A stretch of 64,000 nt of DNA from Candidatus Magasanikiibacteriota bacterium (GTDB taxonomy: Bacteria > Patescibacteriota > Patescibacteriia > Magasanikbacterales > UBA922): assembly GCA_014729395.1 (NCBI GenBank), contig WJJZ01000010.1:220544-284543 (forward strand), read 5' to 3'. Below the pieces are notes generated by a model. It was not told the origin of the DNA. It did not search any database and saw nothing but the letters and a program-made list of their open reading frames with translations. The position numbers and the translations under genes were made by a program. This document shows, piece by piece, positions 45,152 through 54,712 of the stretch (position 1 is its first letter; each line of letters opens with the position of its first letter).

Positions 45152-46447
45152 TTATGGACTAATTCGATTTACCAAACGTGGAAAAGATATACATTCACGT
45201 ATATGTTCAACACCACCAATCCAACGAACGGTTCTCTCCAATCCTATGCCGAAACCTGAGTGTTCTATACTTCCATATTTACGTAAATTTAAATACCAAT
45301 CATAATCATCTTTTGGTAAAGCCTCTTCTTCTAACCGAGATAGCAAAAGATCAAAGTTATCTTCACGTTGAGAACCGCCAACCAGCTCACCCGCCCCTTC
45401 GATACCGATCAAATCATCATTTAACACCAAATCAGGATTTTTCGGATCTATCTTCATGTAAAAAGGTTTTATTGATTTTGGCCATTTTTCAATAAAGATA
45501 GGAACATCGGAATCCTTTGTGAGCAAAGCCTCATCATCGTTTCCCAAGTCTTCTCCGTGTTTTATATCTGATCCAAGTTCTTTTAATTTTTTTACCGCTT
45601 CGCCATAGCTGTAGCGAAGAAAAGGTTTTTCCAACAGATTTTCCAACATGGAAGTATTACGCTCCAGAATCTGCAACTCCAGACTGCAATTTTGCAAACA
45701 TGTTTTTACAATATATTTGACCAAAGCTTCCTGAATGCGCAGATTTTCTTCGTGATCGACAAATGCTGCTTCAGCATCCATCATCCAAAATTCTGTAAGA
45801 TGCCGCTTTGTCGTAGATTTTTCAGCTCTAAAAACAGGTCCGAAATCATAACATCTTCCTACCGAAGCAATTGCCGCCTCAATATATAATTGACCGGTCT
45901 GAGACAGGTAGGCTTCACCCAAATCAAAATATGGAACAGAAAATAAAGTGGTTGTCCCCTCACACGCGTTGGGAGTCAGTACTGGAGAATCAACACGTAT
46001 AAAAAATTCTTTATGCATAAAATCATGAATAGCTGATTCAATCATATCTCTAATTCTTAATATTGCCCACTGTTTTTTACTTCGAAGCCAAAGGTGTCTG
46101 TTATTCAGCAAAAAATCAGGTCCATGTTCTTTTTTAGTAATTGGGTATTCTTCTGATACTTGAACAATATTTATGTTCGATACCTGAAGTTCAAACGTAT
46201 CTTTATTTTTGGGATGTTTTGTTACTTTCCCTGTTAGCTCCAAGGATGATTCTTGTGTTAGATTATTGATACTATCCCAGACCCCGGCACCAACACCCTC
46301 TTTAGAGACGACTGCTTGAATAAAGCCGGATCCGTCGCGAATTTCTAAAAATGCGATCGAACCTGAAGAACGCATATTATAAAGCCAGCCCGAAATATCA
46401 ACTTCCTCGCCGACATGATTATTAATATTAGCAATCAAAATTTTCAT
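45152..46447 (-). CDS. asnS: Asparagine--tRNA ligase
   Basis: RHLWLRS, CEGTTTLF, FGPVFRAE, RHLTEFWM and GGSQRE motifs. Confidence 0.95.
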   Translation of the reverse strand: MKILIANINNHVGEEVDISGWLYNMRSSGSIAFLEIRDGSGFIQAVVSKEGVGAGVWDSINNLTQESSLELTGKVTKHPKNKDTFELQVSNINIVQVSEEYPITKKEHGPDFLLNNRHLWLRSKKQWAILRIRDMIESAIHDFMHKEFFIRVDSPVLTPNACEGTTTLFSVPYFDLGEAYLSQTGQLYIEAAIASVGRCYDFGPVFRAEKSTTKRHLTEFWMMDAEAAFVDHEENLRIQEALVKYIVKTCLQNCSLELQILERNTSMLENLLEKPFLRYSYGEAVKKLKELGSDIKHGEDLGNDDEALLTKDSDVPIFIEKWPKSIKPFYMKIDPKNPDLVLNDDLIGIEGAGELVGGSQREDNFDLLLSRLEEEALPKDDYDWYLNLRKYGSIEHSGFGIGLERTVRWIGGVEHIRECISFPRLVNRISP

Positions 46448-46489
46448 ATTATATTGTTATTAAACAGAATTGTATTGTATTGTAAAATT

Positions 46490-47119
46490 TTAAAAACGAT
46501 TTTTGTATTGACTCCAATTATCTAATTTCTTTTCGCTGTGAAAAACCAAGTATTCGTAGATAAATTTATTTATTTTATTATAATCATCATCTGAAATTAT
46601 AAGTCGGTTTATTTGCGGCCAGTCGGCTTGATTTAGAATTTGAAGATTTTGCTTTATTGAATTACTGGGAATGTTATTTGCATATGTTATATCAAATCCC
46701 AAACAGTTCAATAATTTAACAATATAAGCATCTATCAAGAAAAAATTATATTTTTCAGTTGAATCAATATATTTCAACCAACTCAGCAACAGTTCAAAAA
46801 AGTTCTCATCTTTTTCTCCCGTTTGAGTAAGTTTATCAAGTAAAGATACTATATAATTGGCCGCTAAACTTTTTTCTCTATTTTTTCTTATATTACTAAA
46901 ATATCTTATCGGCTGTACTTTTGTCAGGTGGTCTATTTCTTTTCCTTTTATTATTTCTATTTCCACAATTGAAAATGGTTCCAAGTGAGGTGAATTTTTG
47001 CTGGTTATTTTCTTTACACCCCGTGCCAGAAGTTCAACTTTACCCAAATTCAAAGTATAAAGTGATACTATTTGGTCATATTCGCGAAAATTACGTCGTG
47101 AAAGTGTAATCGCTATCAT
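46490..47119 (-). CDS. recO: DNA repair protein RecO
   Basis: EYDQIV.LYT...GKV..LARGVKK..SK...LEPF N-terminal OB fold. Confidence 0.88.
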   Translation of the reverse strand: MIAITLSRRNFREYDQIVSLYTLNLGKVELLARGVKKITSKNSPHLEPFSIVEIEIIKGKEIDHLTKVQPIRYFSNIRKNREKSLAANYIVSLLDKLTQTGEKDENFFELLLSWLKYIDSTEKYNFFLIDAYIVKLLNCLGFDITYANNIPSNSIKQNLQILNQADWPQINRLIISDDDYNKINKFIYEYLVFHSEKKLDNWSQYKNRF

Positions 47120-47163
47120 AACTTACAACAATTTGACAATAATATTATTCAAGAATCGAAAAA

Positions 47164-47541
47164 TTACCGCTTTATCTTATCCAAATAAGATTGTAAAATC
47201 AACATAGCCGCCTTCTCATCTCGACTCACTTCTCCCCCCATCTGATCAGCTTGTCGAGAAGTGAAACGTTCATCAACAAATTCAACAGGCACAACAATAC
47301 TCTTCTTTAATTCTTCAACAAATTTGCGAACAGCCTTAGTATTTTCATTTTCCTGCCCATCAAGTCCAATCGGCAAACCTACAATGACTGAATCAGCTTT
47401 TTCTTCACGAATTAATTTTGGTAGTTCCATTCTCCAATCACCGGTCTCTAATCTCCCATACGGCAAAACAACACCTAAAGCGGTATCCACCCAAGCTAGT
47501 CCGATTCTCTTTTTTCCATAATCAATACCTAATACATTCAT
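47164..47541 (-). CDS. ruvX: Pre-16S rRNA nuclease/Holliday junction resolvase-like RuvX (YqgF)
   Basis: GIDYGKKRIGLA, VGLP, DERFTS and D..AA.LILQ motifs. Confidence 0.92.
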   Translation of the reverse strand: MNVLGIDYGKKRIGLAWVDTALGVVLPYGRLETGDWRMELPKLIREEKADSVIVGLPIGLDGQENENTKAVRKFVEELKKSIVVPVEFVDERFTSRQADQMGGEVSRDEKAAMLILQSYLDKIKR

Positions 47542-48359
47542 AATTTATATTTTATTTCTTCGGGTCTTCTGGTAACCACCAAAGGTTCACTTGTTGTGAT
47601 TACAACCGTATGTTCAAAATGCGCTGATAAACTGGCATCTTTGGTAGCTACACTCCAACCGTCGTCTGCTGTTATGACTTCATAATTACCTAAAGTTAGC
47701 ATCGGCTCTATTGCAATGACAACACCGGGCTCCAATTTCCAATTTTCCAGATCCTTATCATAAAAGTTGGGGACCCTAGGCGACTCATGCACTTCATGCC
47801 CGACACCATGACCGACCAGATCACGTACAATTCCATAGCCTTGCGGTTCCACCCAATCCTGGATCTCTTTACCAATATCGGCAATCGTATTCCCTGTATA
47901 GCATTTTGAAATACCTATCTCCAGAGCTTTCTTTGTAACATTCAACAATTGTCGCGCTTCATTGGGGATTTCTCCAACAGAAACGGTAATAGACGTATCT
48001 GTAAAATAACCTCTTTCACCTTTATCTAAATCTTTTACCGGCCACTGCATACCGATATCAATTGTAAAAATATCTCCGGATTTTAATATTTTATCTTTTG
48101 AAGCTATACCGTGTACAATTTCTTCATTAATGCAAGCACATATTGTCGAAGGAAAAGGCGGTTCTCCTTTCCTAGATCGGTAATTTTTAAACGAAGGCCG
48201 TCCACCGGCTCTTATTATCATCTTTTCTGCGGCTTTATCTATCTCATAAGCGGATACTCCCGGTTCAACTTTTTCTACCAAAGATTCCAAAATACGACCA
48301 AGAATTTCTCCGCCTTTAGATATTATTTCGATCTCTTTTTTCTGTTTAATATATGACAT
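47538..48359 (-). CDS. map: Type I methionine aminopeptidase
   Basis: HGI, DIG, GHGVG..HE.P, AIEPM and SAHFEHT motifs. Confidence 0.95.
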   Translation of the reverse strand: MSYIKQKKEIEIISKGGEILGRILESLVEKVEPGVSAYEIDKAAEKMIIRAGGRPSFKNYRSRKGEPPFPSTICACINEEIVHGIASKDKILKSGDIFTIDIGMQWPVKDLDKGERGYFTDTSITVSVGEIPNEARQLLNVTKKALEIGISKCYTGNTIADIGKEIQDWVEPQGYGIVRDLVGHGVGHEVHESPRVPNFYDKDLENWKLEPGVVIAIEPMLTLGNYEVITADDGWSVATKDASLSAHFEHTVVITTSEPLVVTRRPEEIKYKL

Positions 48360-48368
48360 ATTTTTGTA

Positions 48369-49430
48369 TCACGTAATATACATGGCATCACCAAAACTGT
48401 AAAATCTGTATTTATTTTCAACCGCTTTTTTATAGCAATCAAGTATAAATTCTCTATCTCCGCTGAAGGCGGCAACAAGCATCAAAAGTGTTGATTTCGG
48501 TAAATGAAAATTAGTTATCATTGCATCAACAACCTTGAATTCAAACCCCGGTTTAATGAATATATCAATTTCTCCTTTATAAGCATCAACCTTATTTTTT
48601 CTTAAAATTTTTGATACACCTTCCAAAGTTCTAACCGTAGTTGTTCCGACAGCAATTACCCGCCTGCCCTCTTTTTTTGCCAGATTAATTTTTTTAGCGG
48701 AATCTTGTGATATTTCCACCCACTCACTATGCATTGTGTGATCCTCAATCCTTTCAGATTTAACCGGTAAAAAAGTACCTAAACCAACATGCAAAGTAAG
48801 ATCCGTAAAATCAACCCTCATGTCTTTTAATTTTTTTATTAGAGAATCTGTAAAATGAAAACCGGCCGTTGGCGCAGCTACTGAACCCTCATTTTTCGCA
48901 TATACCGTTTGGTATATATCCAGTTCATGCGGTTCATCTTTTACATAGGGAGGTACAGGAATATGTCCGTATTTATTAGCTTTATTTCTAACCATCCTTT
49001 CTTCATCCTCAAATTGTACCAAAATGGTACCATCTCTTTTTTTTACGAGTACATCACAATAAAAATCTTTGGCAAATGAAACCTTTGCACCGGCTCGCAC
49101 ATGACGACCGGGCCTTGCTAAAACCTGCCATACACCTACATTTTCAGTAGGTCTAACTAAAAAAATTTCTATATCTCGACCATGCTTTATTAAATTTCTC
49201 CCGGTGGAAGACACCAAACGTCCATAAAGCCTGGCTTTGAAAACTTTGGAATTATTCCAAACTATCAAATCACCCTTGTTTAAATATTTTGTTATATCAC
49301 AAAAATGACAGTGTTCAATTGTGTTATCTTTTCTGTCGACCACCATTAATTTAGACCTGTCTCTTGGCCTGATTGGGCTCTGTGCGATCAAATCTTTTGG
49401 TAAATTGTAATCGAATTCTGATGTTAACAT
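48369..49430 (-). CDS. queA: S-adenosylmethionine:tRNA ribosyltransferase-isomerase
   Basis: FDYNLP..LIAQ, YQTVYA, VAAPTAG, LHVG.GTF, TNFHLP and YSFGDA motifs. Confidence 0.96.
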   Translation of the reverse strand: MLTSEFDYNLPKDLIAQSPIRPRDRSKLMVVDRKDNTIEHCHFCDITKYLNKGDLIVWNNSKVFKARLYGRLVSSTGRNLIKHGRDIEIFLVRPTENVGVWQVLARPGRHVRAGAKVSFAKDFYCDVLVKKRDGTILVQFEDEERMVRNKANKYGHIPVPPYVKDEPHELDIYQTVYAKNEGSVAAPTAGFHFTDSLIKKLKDMRVDFTDLTLHVGLGTFLPVKSERIEDHTMHSEWVEISQDSAKKINLAKKEGRRVIAVGTTTVRTLEGVSKILRKNKVDAYKGEIDIFIKPGFEFKVVDAMITNFHLPKSTLLMLVAAFSGDREFILDCYKKAVENKYRFYSFGDAMYIT

Positions 49431-49519
49431 ATAATGTTGTGATAGTTGTAAGTTGTAGAGTTGTAAGTTACTTACCACATCAACTTACAACTTATTAACT
49501 TACTACTTTCTACTATTAA

Positions 49520-50560
49520 CTACCTAAGATACTTGGCTACATTCTTATTATGTTCCTCCAAGGTCTTGGAATAAATAACTTCACCGGTATCAAGGGTGGT
49601 TAAAAAATACCAAAAATCATTTTCCCTGGGGTATATAGCTGCCATAATCGATTCCAAACTCGGAGTTCCTATCGGACCCGGGGGTAATCCCGGATATTTA
49701 TATGTATTCCAATATGAATCAATATCCCGATCAGATTGCATTGTAAAAACAGAACCATCCTTTCCTATAATATAGTGAACTGTTGAATCTGCCTGCAAAG
49801 CCCAATCCATATCTAATCGTCTCCAAAAAATATCAGCAATTATTCTCTTGTCTTCCTCAGTCCTGGCTTCATGCTCTAAAATACTGGCCATGGTTAATAT
49901 CTCATGAATATTTCTGTCCTTTTCTTCAATATCACTATACATTTGCTCTGTTATTTCCCGGTCTCTTTGACTAATCAATTTTTCAACCACTTCTGACAAT
50001 TCCGCATCAGCATATATTCTATATGTATTCGGAGATAGGTACCCATCATAAGCAATATAATCAGGTTTTGATTGCATAATTTTATAACCCATAAAATCTT
50101 TAGTGGGTAAATCATCATGATCACCCAGCCTATAATCTGTTGCCGAGACACCAAGATAGTCTAATACTTCTTCGTATGAGGCTATATCTTCCTTGACAAA
50201 ATAATCAGCAATATCACGTATTGTCCAGCCGGGTATTATGGTTATAGTCTTCTCTATTTTTGATTTTGGATCATTTAAAGATTCCGCCACATTCACCATT
50301 GTAACAGGTGATTCTACTTCAAACTGACCTTGCTTCACTTTTCTATCAATCTTCCGCCATATCAAATACTTTTCAAAAATCCAAGCATTACTGATAATTC
50401 CCTCCTCTTCCAATCTGGTAGATAATTCGGATACTCTTTCATTCGGCTTGACTACAAAATTTACAGACTGTTCAGAGGTATTTTGCAGAAATAGCATCCA
50501 GTATAATAAAAAAAAGGCTGATAGAACCAATAAAATTAAAAATATTAATAATCTTTTCAT
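49520..50560 (-). CDS. mltG: Endolytic transglycosylase MltG
   Basis: TM anchor, GYL.P.TY, ASILEHE, LQAD.T and NTY...GLPPGPI motifs. Confidence 0.93.
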   Translation of the reverse strand: MKRLLIFLILLVLSAFFLLYWMLFLQNTSEQSVNFVVKPNERVSELSTRLEEEGIISNAWIFEKYLIWRKIDRKVKQGQFEVESPVTMVNVAESLNDPKSKIEKTITIIPGWTIRDIADYFVKEDIASYEEVLDYLGVSATDYRLGDHDDLPTKDFMGYKIMQSKPDYIAYDGYLSPNTYRIYADAELSEVVEKLISQRDREITEQMYSDIEEKDRNIHEILTMASILEHEARTEEDKRIIADIFWRRLDMDWALQADSTVHYIIGKDGSVFTMQSDRDIDSYWNTYKYPGLPPGPIGTPSLESIMAAIYPRENDFWYFLTTLDTGEVIYSKTLEEHNKNVAKYLR

Positions 50561-50563
50561 ATT

Positions 50564-51616
50564 TTATAAATAATTCTCTAGATCTTCTTTTTTTAATTTT
50601 TCCAACACCCTATGCATATTTGATATTTGATCTTTATGACAAATAAAAGTCACATCATCGGTGTTTACAACCATAATACCATCAAGACCATGGGTCACAA
50701 CCAATTTATCATCTTCTTCATTGTATATCAGGCAATCCTTATCTTCAGTGCTTATAACATTACCTTTGGTATAATTTCTTTCCAAGTCCGGTTCCAGAGT
50801 TTCTTTGAGTGCATACAAAGTTCCGGGGTCGCTCCATCCGAAATCTACCTTCATAACAACCGCTTCATCAGAATCTATTTTTTCTAAAATTGCTTTATCA
50901 AAATGCATTGCTTCCAATTTTGGATATACTTCACTAATCAAGTGTTCATTTTCCACGATTCTTTGCAGATCATCATACATCTTGGGGTTGTGTTTCTTAT
51001 ACAAATTTAATACAAAATCTATATTAAAAATAAAATATCCAGGATTCCACAACCAGTTACCGCTGGCAAACATTTTTTCACATAGAGCTTTTTCCGGTCT
51101 ATATTTCCAACCTTCAAAAGAATATACTTCATTTGAGAGTTCATCACCAATCTTCATCCAACCCAAATTTTCGTTGGGAAACCTGGGTTGTTCAGCCAAA
51201 AAAATAAAACGATTTGGGTTCTTGTTAATCAATTTTTCCGACTTATACAAAGCTTGTTGAAACTTTTCCGGATATTCAACAAAATGGTCAGACCATAAAA
51301 CCGCTACTGTCCCGGAAAAACTCTTATTTTTTAAACGAAAAAGTGCCAAACCCACAGCAGCTGCCAAATCTCTTTTGGCCGGCTCCAACATAAGATGGTC
51401 TTCGAATAAATCAGGAATTTGTTCTTTCACCAAATGCTCATATTTTTCATTGGTGGATATGTAAATATTTTCCATACCAAAACACCTAACCCTATCTACC
51501 GCCATTTGCAATGTAGACTTACTCTCTTTCAGTTTTTCAAATTGTTTTGGTGAATTTTGCCTGCTAATCGGCCATAACCTGGTTCCGGCACCACCGGCAA
51601 ATATTATTAACTTCAT
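50564..51616 (-). CDS. Mannose-1-phosphate guanylyltransferase
   Basis: AGGAGTRLWPISR..PKQF, EPAKRD, SDH and WSD.G motifs. Confidence 0.88.
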   Translation of the reverse strand: MKLIIFAGGAGTRLWPISRQNSPKQFEKLKESKSTLQMAVDRVRCFGMENIYISTNEKYEHLVKEQIPDLFEDHLMLEPAKRDLAAAVGLALFRLKNKSFSGTVAVLWSDHFVEYPEKFQQALYKSEKLINKNPNRFIFLAEQPRFPNENLGWMKIGDELSNEVYSFEGWKYRPEKALCEKMFASGNWLWNPGYFIFNIDFVLNLYKKHNPKMYDDLQRIVENEHLISEVYPKLEAMHFDKAILEKIDSDEAVVMKVDFGWSDPGTLYALKETLEPDLERNYTKGNVISTEDKDCLIYNEEDDKLVVTHGLDGIMVVNTDDVTFICHKDQISNMHRVLEKLKKEDLENYL

Positions 51617-52191
51617 ACGAAAAAACTTTTAACTAAACTATACAAAGGTTGTGATACATTATCAAGGAGCCAAAATGAAAAAAAAGAAAAGAAAAATCCT
51701 ATAATTATTCCGCCTATAATATCACGAGGATAATGGACTCCGGCATAAACACGTGCGACACCGATACAAAAAGCAAAAAAAATACACAATAAAAAAAATA
51801 ATAAATTAGCTCCTATCAAGAAAGGAATGGTAGCCAGTATGAATGCAATGGTAGTATGGTCGGACGGGAATGACTTCCACGTCTTATAGGGGGTGAAAAG
51901 CTGTTTTATGTCAGGGTTATCTACTATTGGTCGACGGTTGACCCATAAAATTCCAATTAAAAAATTCAAAGAAATCGCAAAGAAAATACCCGTTAGTATC
52001 AATTTTACCAATAAAATGAATTTTTGCGGTTCAGACTCCGATAACAAAAAAACACCCCAAAACAAAACCAAAAAAGCCAGGGCATATATTAGCCAATGTG
52101 AAAAAAAGAGCATTATATAATCCAAATATCTGTTTTTTCCAATTTTATCATTAGCCCAAAAGAACAAATTTTTATTCCAATTTTTAAACAT
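51613..52191 (-). CDS. PAP2 family phosphatase (undecaprenyl-diphosphatase-like)
   Basis: RP, SFPSDH and ARVYAGVHYPRDI motifs. Confidence 0.9.
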   Translation of the reverse strand: MFKNWNKNLFFWANDKIGKNRYLDYIMLFFSHWLIYALAFLVLFWGVFLLSESEPQKFILLVKLILTGIFFAISLNFLIGILWVNRRPIVDNPDIKQLFTPYKTWKSFPSDHTTIAFILATIPFLIGANLLFFLLCIFFAFCIGVARVYAGVHYPRDIIGGIIIGFFFSFFSFWLLDNVSQPLYSLVKSFFV

Positions 52192-52418
52192 AGATTACAA
52201 TAACTGGAAAATAATTTGACCATAATTATACAATAATTACTGCTTAATACCGCCCTAATTATTGTAAAATTTTTATATAATTATTGTTTTATTATAATTC
52301 TATGATAGCTAAAATATGCCAAATTTGCAATATTATGCTGCGGTCTTGATTTTTATACTAAAATAGGCTATAATAGGCGCAGTCAATTGTATTATATATT
52401 CACAATAATGATTAAAAT

Positions 52419-52613
52419 ATGGCATTACCAGCAAAACAAAGAACCAGGACATCAAAAAAACAACGTGCTTCACATTTTGCATTATCAAAAATGAAGCTAA
52501 ATAAATGTGAAAAATGCGGTAAAAAAACCGAACCACATAAGGCATGCTTAAACTGCGGTTATTATAAAGGCAGACAGGTCATTAATAAGCTTAAAAAAGA
52601 CAAGAAAAAATAA
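52419..52613 (+). CDS. rpmF: 50S ribosomal protein L32
   Basis: MALP..RTSK..R.SH, C..CG....PH..C..CGYYKGR. Confidence 0.95.
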   Translation: MALPAKQRTRTSKKQRASHFALSKMKLNKCEKCGKKTEPHKACLNCGYYKGRQVINKLKKDKKK

Positions 52614-52650
52614 AAAAACAAATAAATAAAACATATTTAACTTTTTTTCT

Positions 52651-53100
52651 ATGTCAAGTAGACATATAGCACGTTCCATAGCAATGCAATCATTATACCA
52701 ATGGGATTTCCGAGGACGACCGACTGCGGCATTACCGGCGATCGTTAAACACAATACCGAAGAATTCGGTGCGGGATTGACCGACGATAAAAAATTTGTG
52801 TCAGAAACGGTTGATGGTGTGGTTGATAATCTGAAAAAAATAGATAATATCATCGAAAAATACTCCACCAATTGGCCGTTGGATCAAATTAGTATTGTTG
52901 ATCGAAATATATTAAGGATCGGAACTTTTGAATTAAAGTTTAATGACAACATTCCGGCAAAAGTGGCTATCAATGAAGCCATTGAACTGGCAAAAAATTA
53001 TGGAGGCCCTTCCTCGGGAAAATTTGTTAATGGAATACTTGGGGCAATTTATAATGACATGGAAAAAGAAGATGATACAGACAATAAAGACAAAAAATAA
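52651..53100 (+). CDS. nusB: Transcription antitermination factor NusB
   Basis: [25 protein letters not shown] and FVNGIL motifs. Confidence 0.95.
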   Translation: MSSRHIARSIAMQSLYQWDFRGRPTAALPAIVKHNTEEFGAGLTDDKKFVSETVDGVVDNLKKIDNIIEKYSTNWPLDQISIVDRNILRIGTFELKFNDNIPAKVAINEAIELAKNYGGPSSGKFVNGILGAIYNDMEKEDDTDNKDKK

Positions 53101-53107
53101 TTATTAA

Positions 53108-53169
53108 AAATTGTCACCAATTTTTGGTGTAGCTAATCTAGCTATGCAAAAAATTGAGGGCTACAATTT
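53108..53169 (+). promoter_or_regulatory. Long imperfect hairpin in the rnc leader
   Basis: AAATTGT/ACAATTT, CAATTTTT/AAAAATTG and GTGTAGCTA/TAGCTATGC pairings, ending 5 nt before the ATG. Confidence 0.55.
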
Positions 53170-53174
53170 AGCAT

Positions 53175-53936
53175 ATGCCAATAGAAAATTATAGTGAAAA
53201 AAATTTTCCCAATCTGGAAGAAAAAATTGGGATAAAATTTAAAAATCCGGATATTTTGGTTCAGGCTTTGGTCCACCGATCTTTTTTAAATGAAAATAGA
53301 AATTTCCCGCTACCCCATAATGAAAGGCTTGAATTTTTAGGTGATGCGGTATTGGAATTGGTAGTAACAGAATTTCTGATTGACAATTACCTGAATCCCG
53401 AAGGTGAACTGACAAATTGGAGAGCGGCTCTTGTCAATGCCAAAATGTGCGCAAGAGTTGCAAATGAAATCGGTTTAAATGAATATTTATTTTTGAGTCA
53501 TGGTGAACAAAAAGATGATAGTAAAAAAGCCAGAGACTACATATTATCAAATGCAATCGAAGCCCTAATCGGGGCTATTTATATTGATCAAGGCTGGGAT
53601 ATATCAAAACAGTTTATCACCAGATGGATAATAACAAAATTACCCGAAGTCTTGGAAAAAGGATTATGGATGGATCCTAAATCCAGATTCCAAGAAGCGG
53701 CTCAAGAAAAAACCGGTGTTACTCCAACATATAAAGTAATAAAAGAAGATGGACCCGATCATGATAAAAATTTCCTGGTAGCTGTTTATTTAGATAAGCA
53801 AAAAGTTGCCCAAGGGGAAGGCGGAAGTAAACAGGAAGCGCAAGTTGCAGCAGCTGAAGCAGCTCTTGAAGAAAAAAAATGGAAAGGCCCCAAAATAGAA
53901 ATACTGGAAAGAAATCCCGGAGATCCTATAGGATAA
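53175..53936 (+). CDS. rnc: Ribonuclease III
   Basis: HNERLEFLGDAVL, EALIGAIY.D and dsRBD (GPDH..F, G.SKQEA). Confidence 0.97.
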   Translation: MPIENYSEKNFPNLEEKIGIKFKNPDILVQALVHRSFLNENRNFPLPHNERLEFLGDAVLELVVTEFLIDNYLNPEGELTNWRAALVNAKMCARVANEIGLNEYLFLSHGEQKDDSKKARDYILSNAIEALIGAIYIDQGWDISKQFITRWIITKLPEVLEKGLWMDPKSRFQEAAQEKTGVTPTYKVIKEDGPDHDKNFLVAVYLDKQKVAQGEGGSKQEAQVAAAEAALEEKKWKGPKIEILERNPGDPIG

Positions 53937-54051
53937 TTATGATGCGAATATACAGATAACCTGCCGGCAGGCAGGTCCGGACTTGCGGATAGTTTGATTT
54001 TAGACTGACGTAATGTACAGTTTTCCACTATTCACATATACGTGTTATTAT

Positions 54052-54124
54052 GGGTCGTTAGCTCAGTTGGTAGAGCAGTTGCCTCTTAAGCAAATGGTCA
54101 CAGGTTCGAATCCTGTACGACCCA
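54052..54124 (+). tRNA. tRNA-Lys(CTT)
   Basis: GGGTCGT/ACGACCC acceptor stem, TTGC-CTCTTAA-GCAA anticodon arm. Confidence 0.93.
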
Positions 54125-54136
54125 CTAAAATAAATA

Positions 54137-54210
54137 GCACCCGTAGTTCAACTGGATAGAACGCCTGGCTTCGGACCAGGAGGTTGTGGGTTCGAGTCCT
54201 ACCGGGTGTA
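54137..54210 (+). tRNA. tRNA-Arg(TCG)
   Basis: GCACCCG/CGGGTGT acceptor stem, CCTGG-CTTCGGA-CCAGG anticodon arm. Confidence 0.92.
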
Positions 54211-54241
54211 CTAAAGCTGGCGAAGTTTATCCCGCCAAAAA

Positions 54242-54317
54242 GGGCCTGTAGCTCAGTTGGTAGAGCGTTGCATTCGCATTGCAAAGGTCATCGGTTCAAC
54301 TCCGATCAGGTCCACCA
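54242..54317 (+). tRNA. tRNA-Ala(CGC)
   Basis: G3:U70 acceptor pair, TTGCA-TTCGCAT-TGCAA anticodon arm, encoded CCA. Confidence 0.93.
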
Positions 54318-54462
54318 TTCTTCGTATAGCGAAGAATGCTCTTCGTAGCTTTAGCGAAGAAGGGATATTACTAGATTCAAGTTAACAACTCTATCCACGG
54401 CTGCGCTTCGAATGACGCAGCCATTCAATAATCTAAATTTACTACATCGACATAATTAAATA

Positions 54463-54490
54463 TAAAAATAGCCCGGTTGGGCTATTTTTA
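54463..54490. terminator. Bidirectional terminator
   Basis: TAAAAATAGCCC-GGTT-GGGCTATTTTTA. Confidence 0.8.
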
Positions 54491-54505
54491 TATTTTTGCT
54501 CTTCA

Positions 54506-54712
54506 TTATTTTTTTCCAAATTTCATCGACATCAAAGCCACATAAACAGCTGATAATCCTACCAAAGAGTAAACCACTCTTGAGAAGGCAGACATATCTC
54601 CGAACAAAGTAGCAACCAAGTCAAAATTGAATAGCCCGACAAGACCCCAATTTAGACCACCTACTACGACTAGAACCATAGCGATCCAGTCTAATGCATT
54701 TAATTTTTTCAT
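54506..54712 (-). CDS. DUF378 family small membrane protein
   Basis: LVVVGGLNWGLVGLFNFDLV..FG...RVVY.LVGLS. Confidence 0.88.
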   Translation of the reverse strand: MKKLNALDWIAMVLVVVGGLNWGLVGLFNFDLVATLFGDMSAFSRVVYSLVGLSAVYVALMSMKFGKK

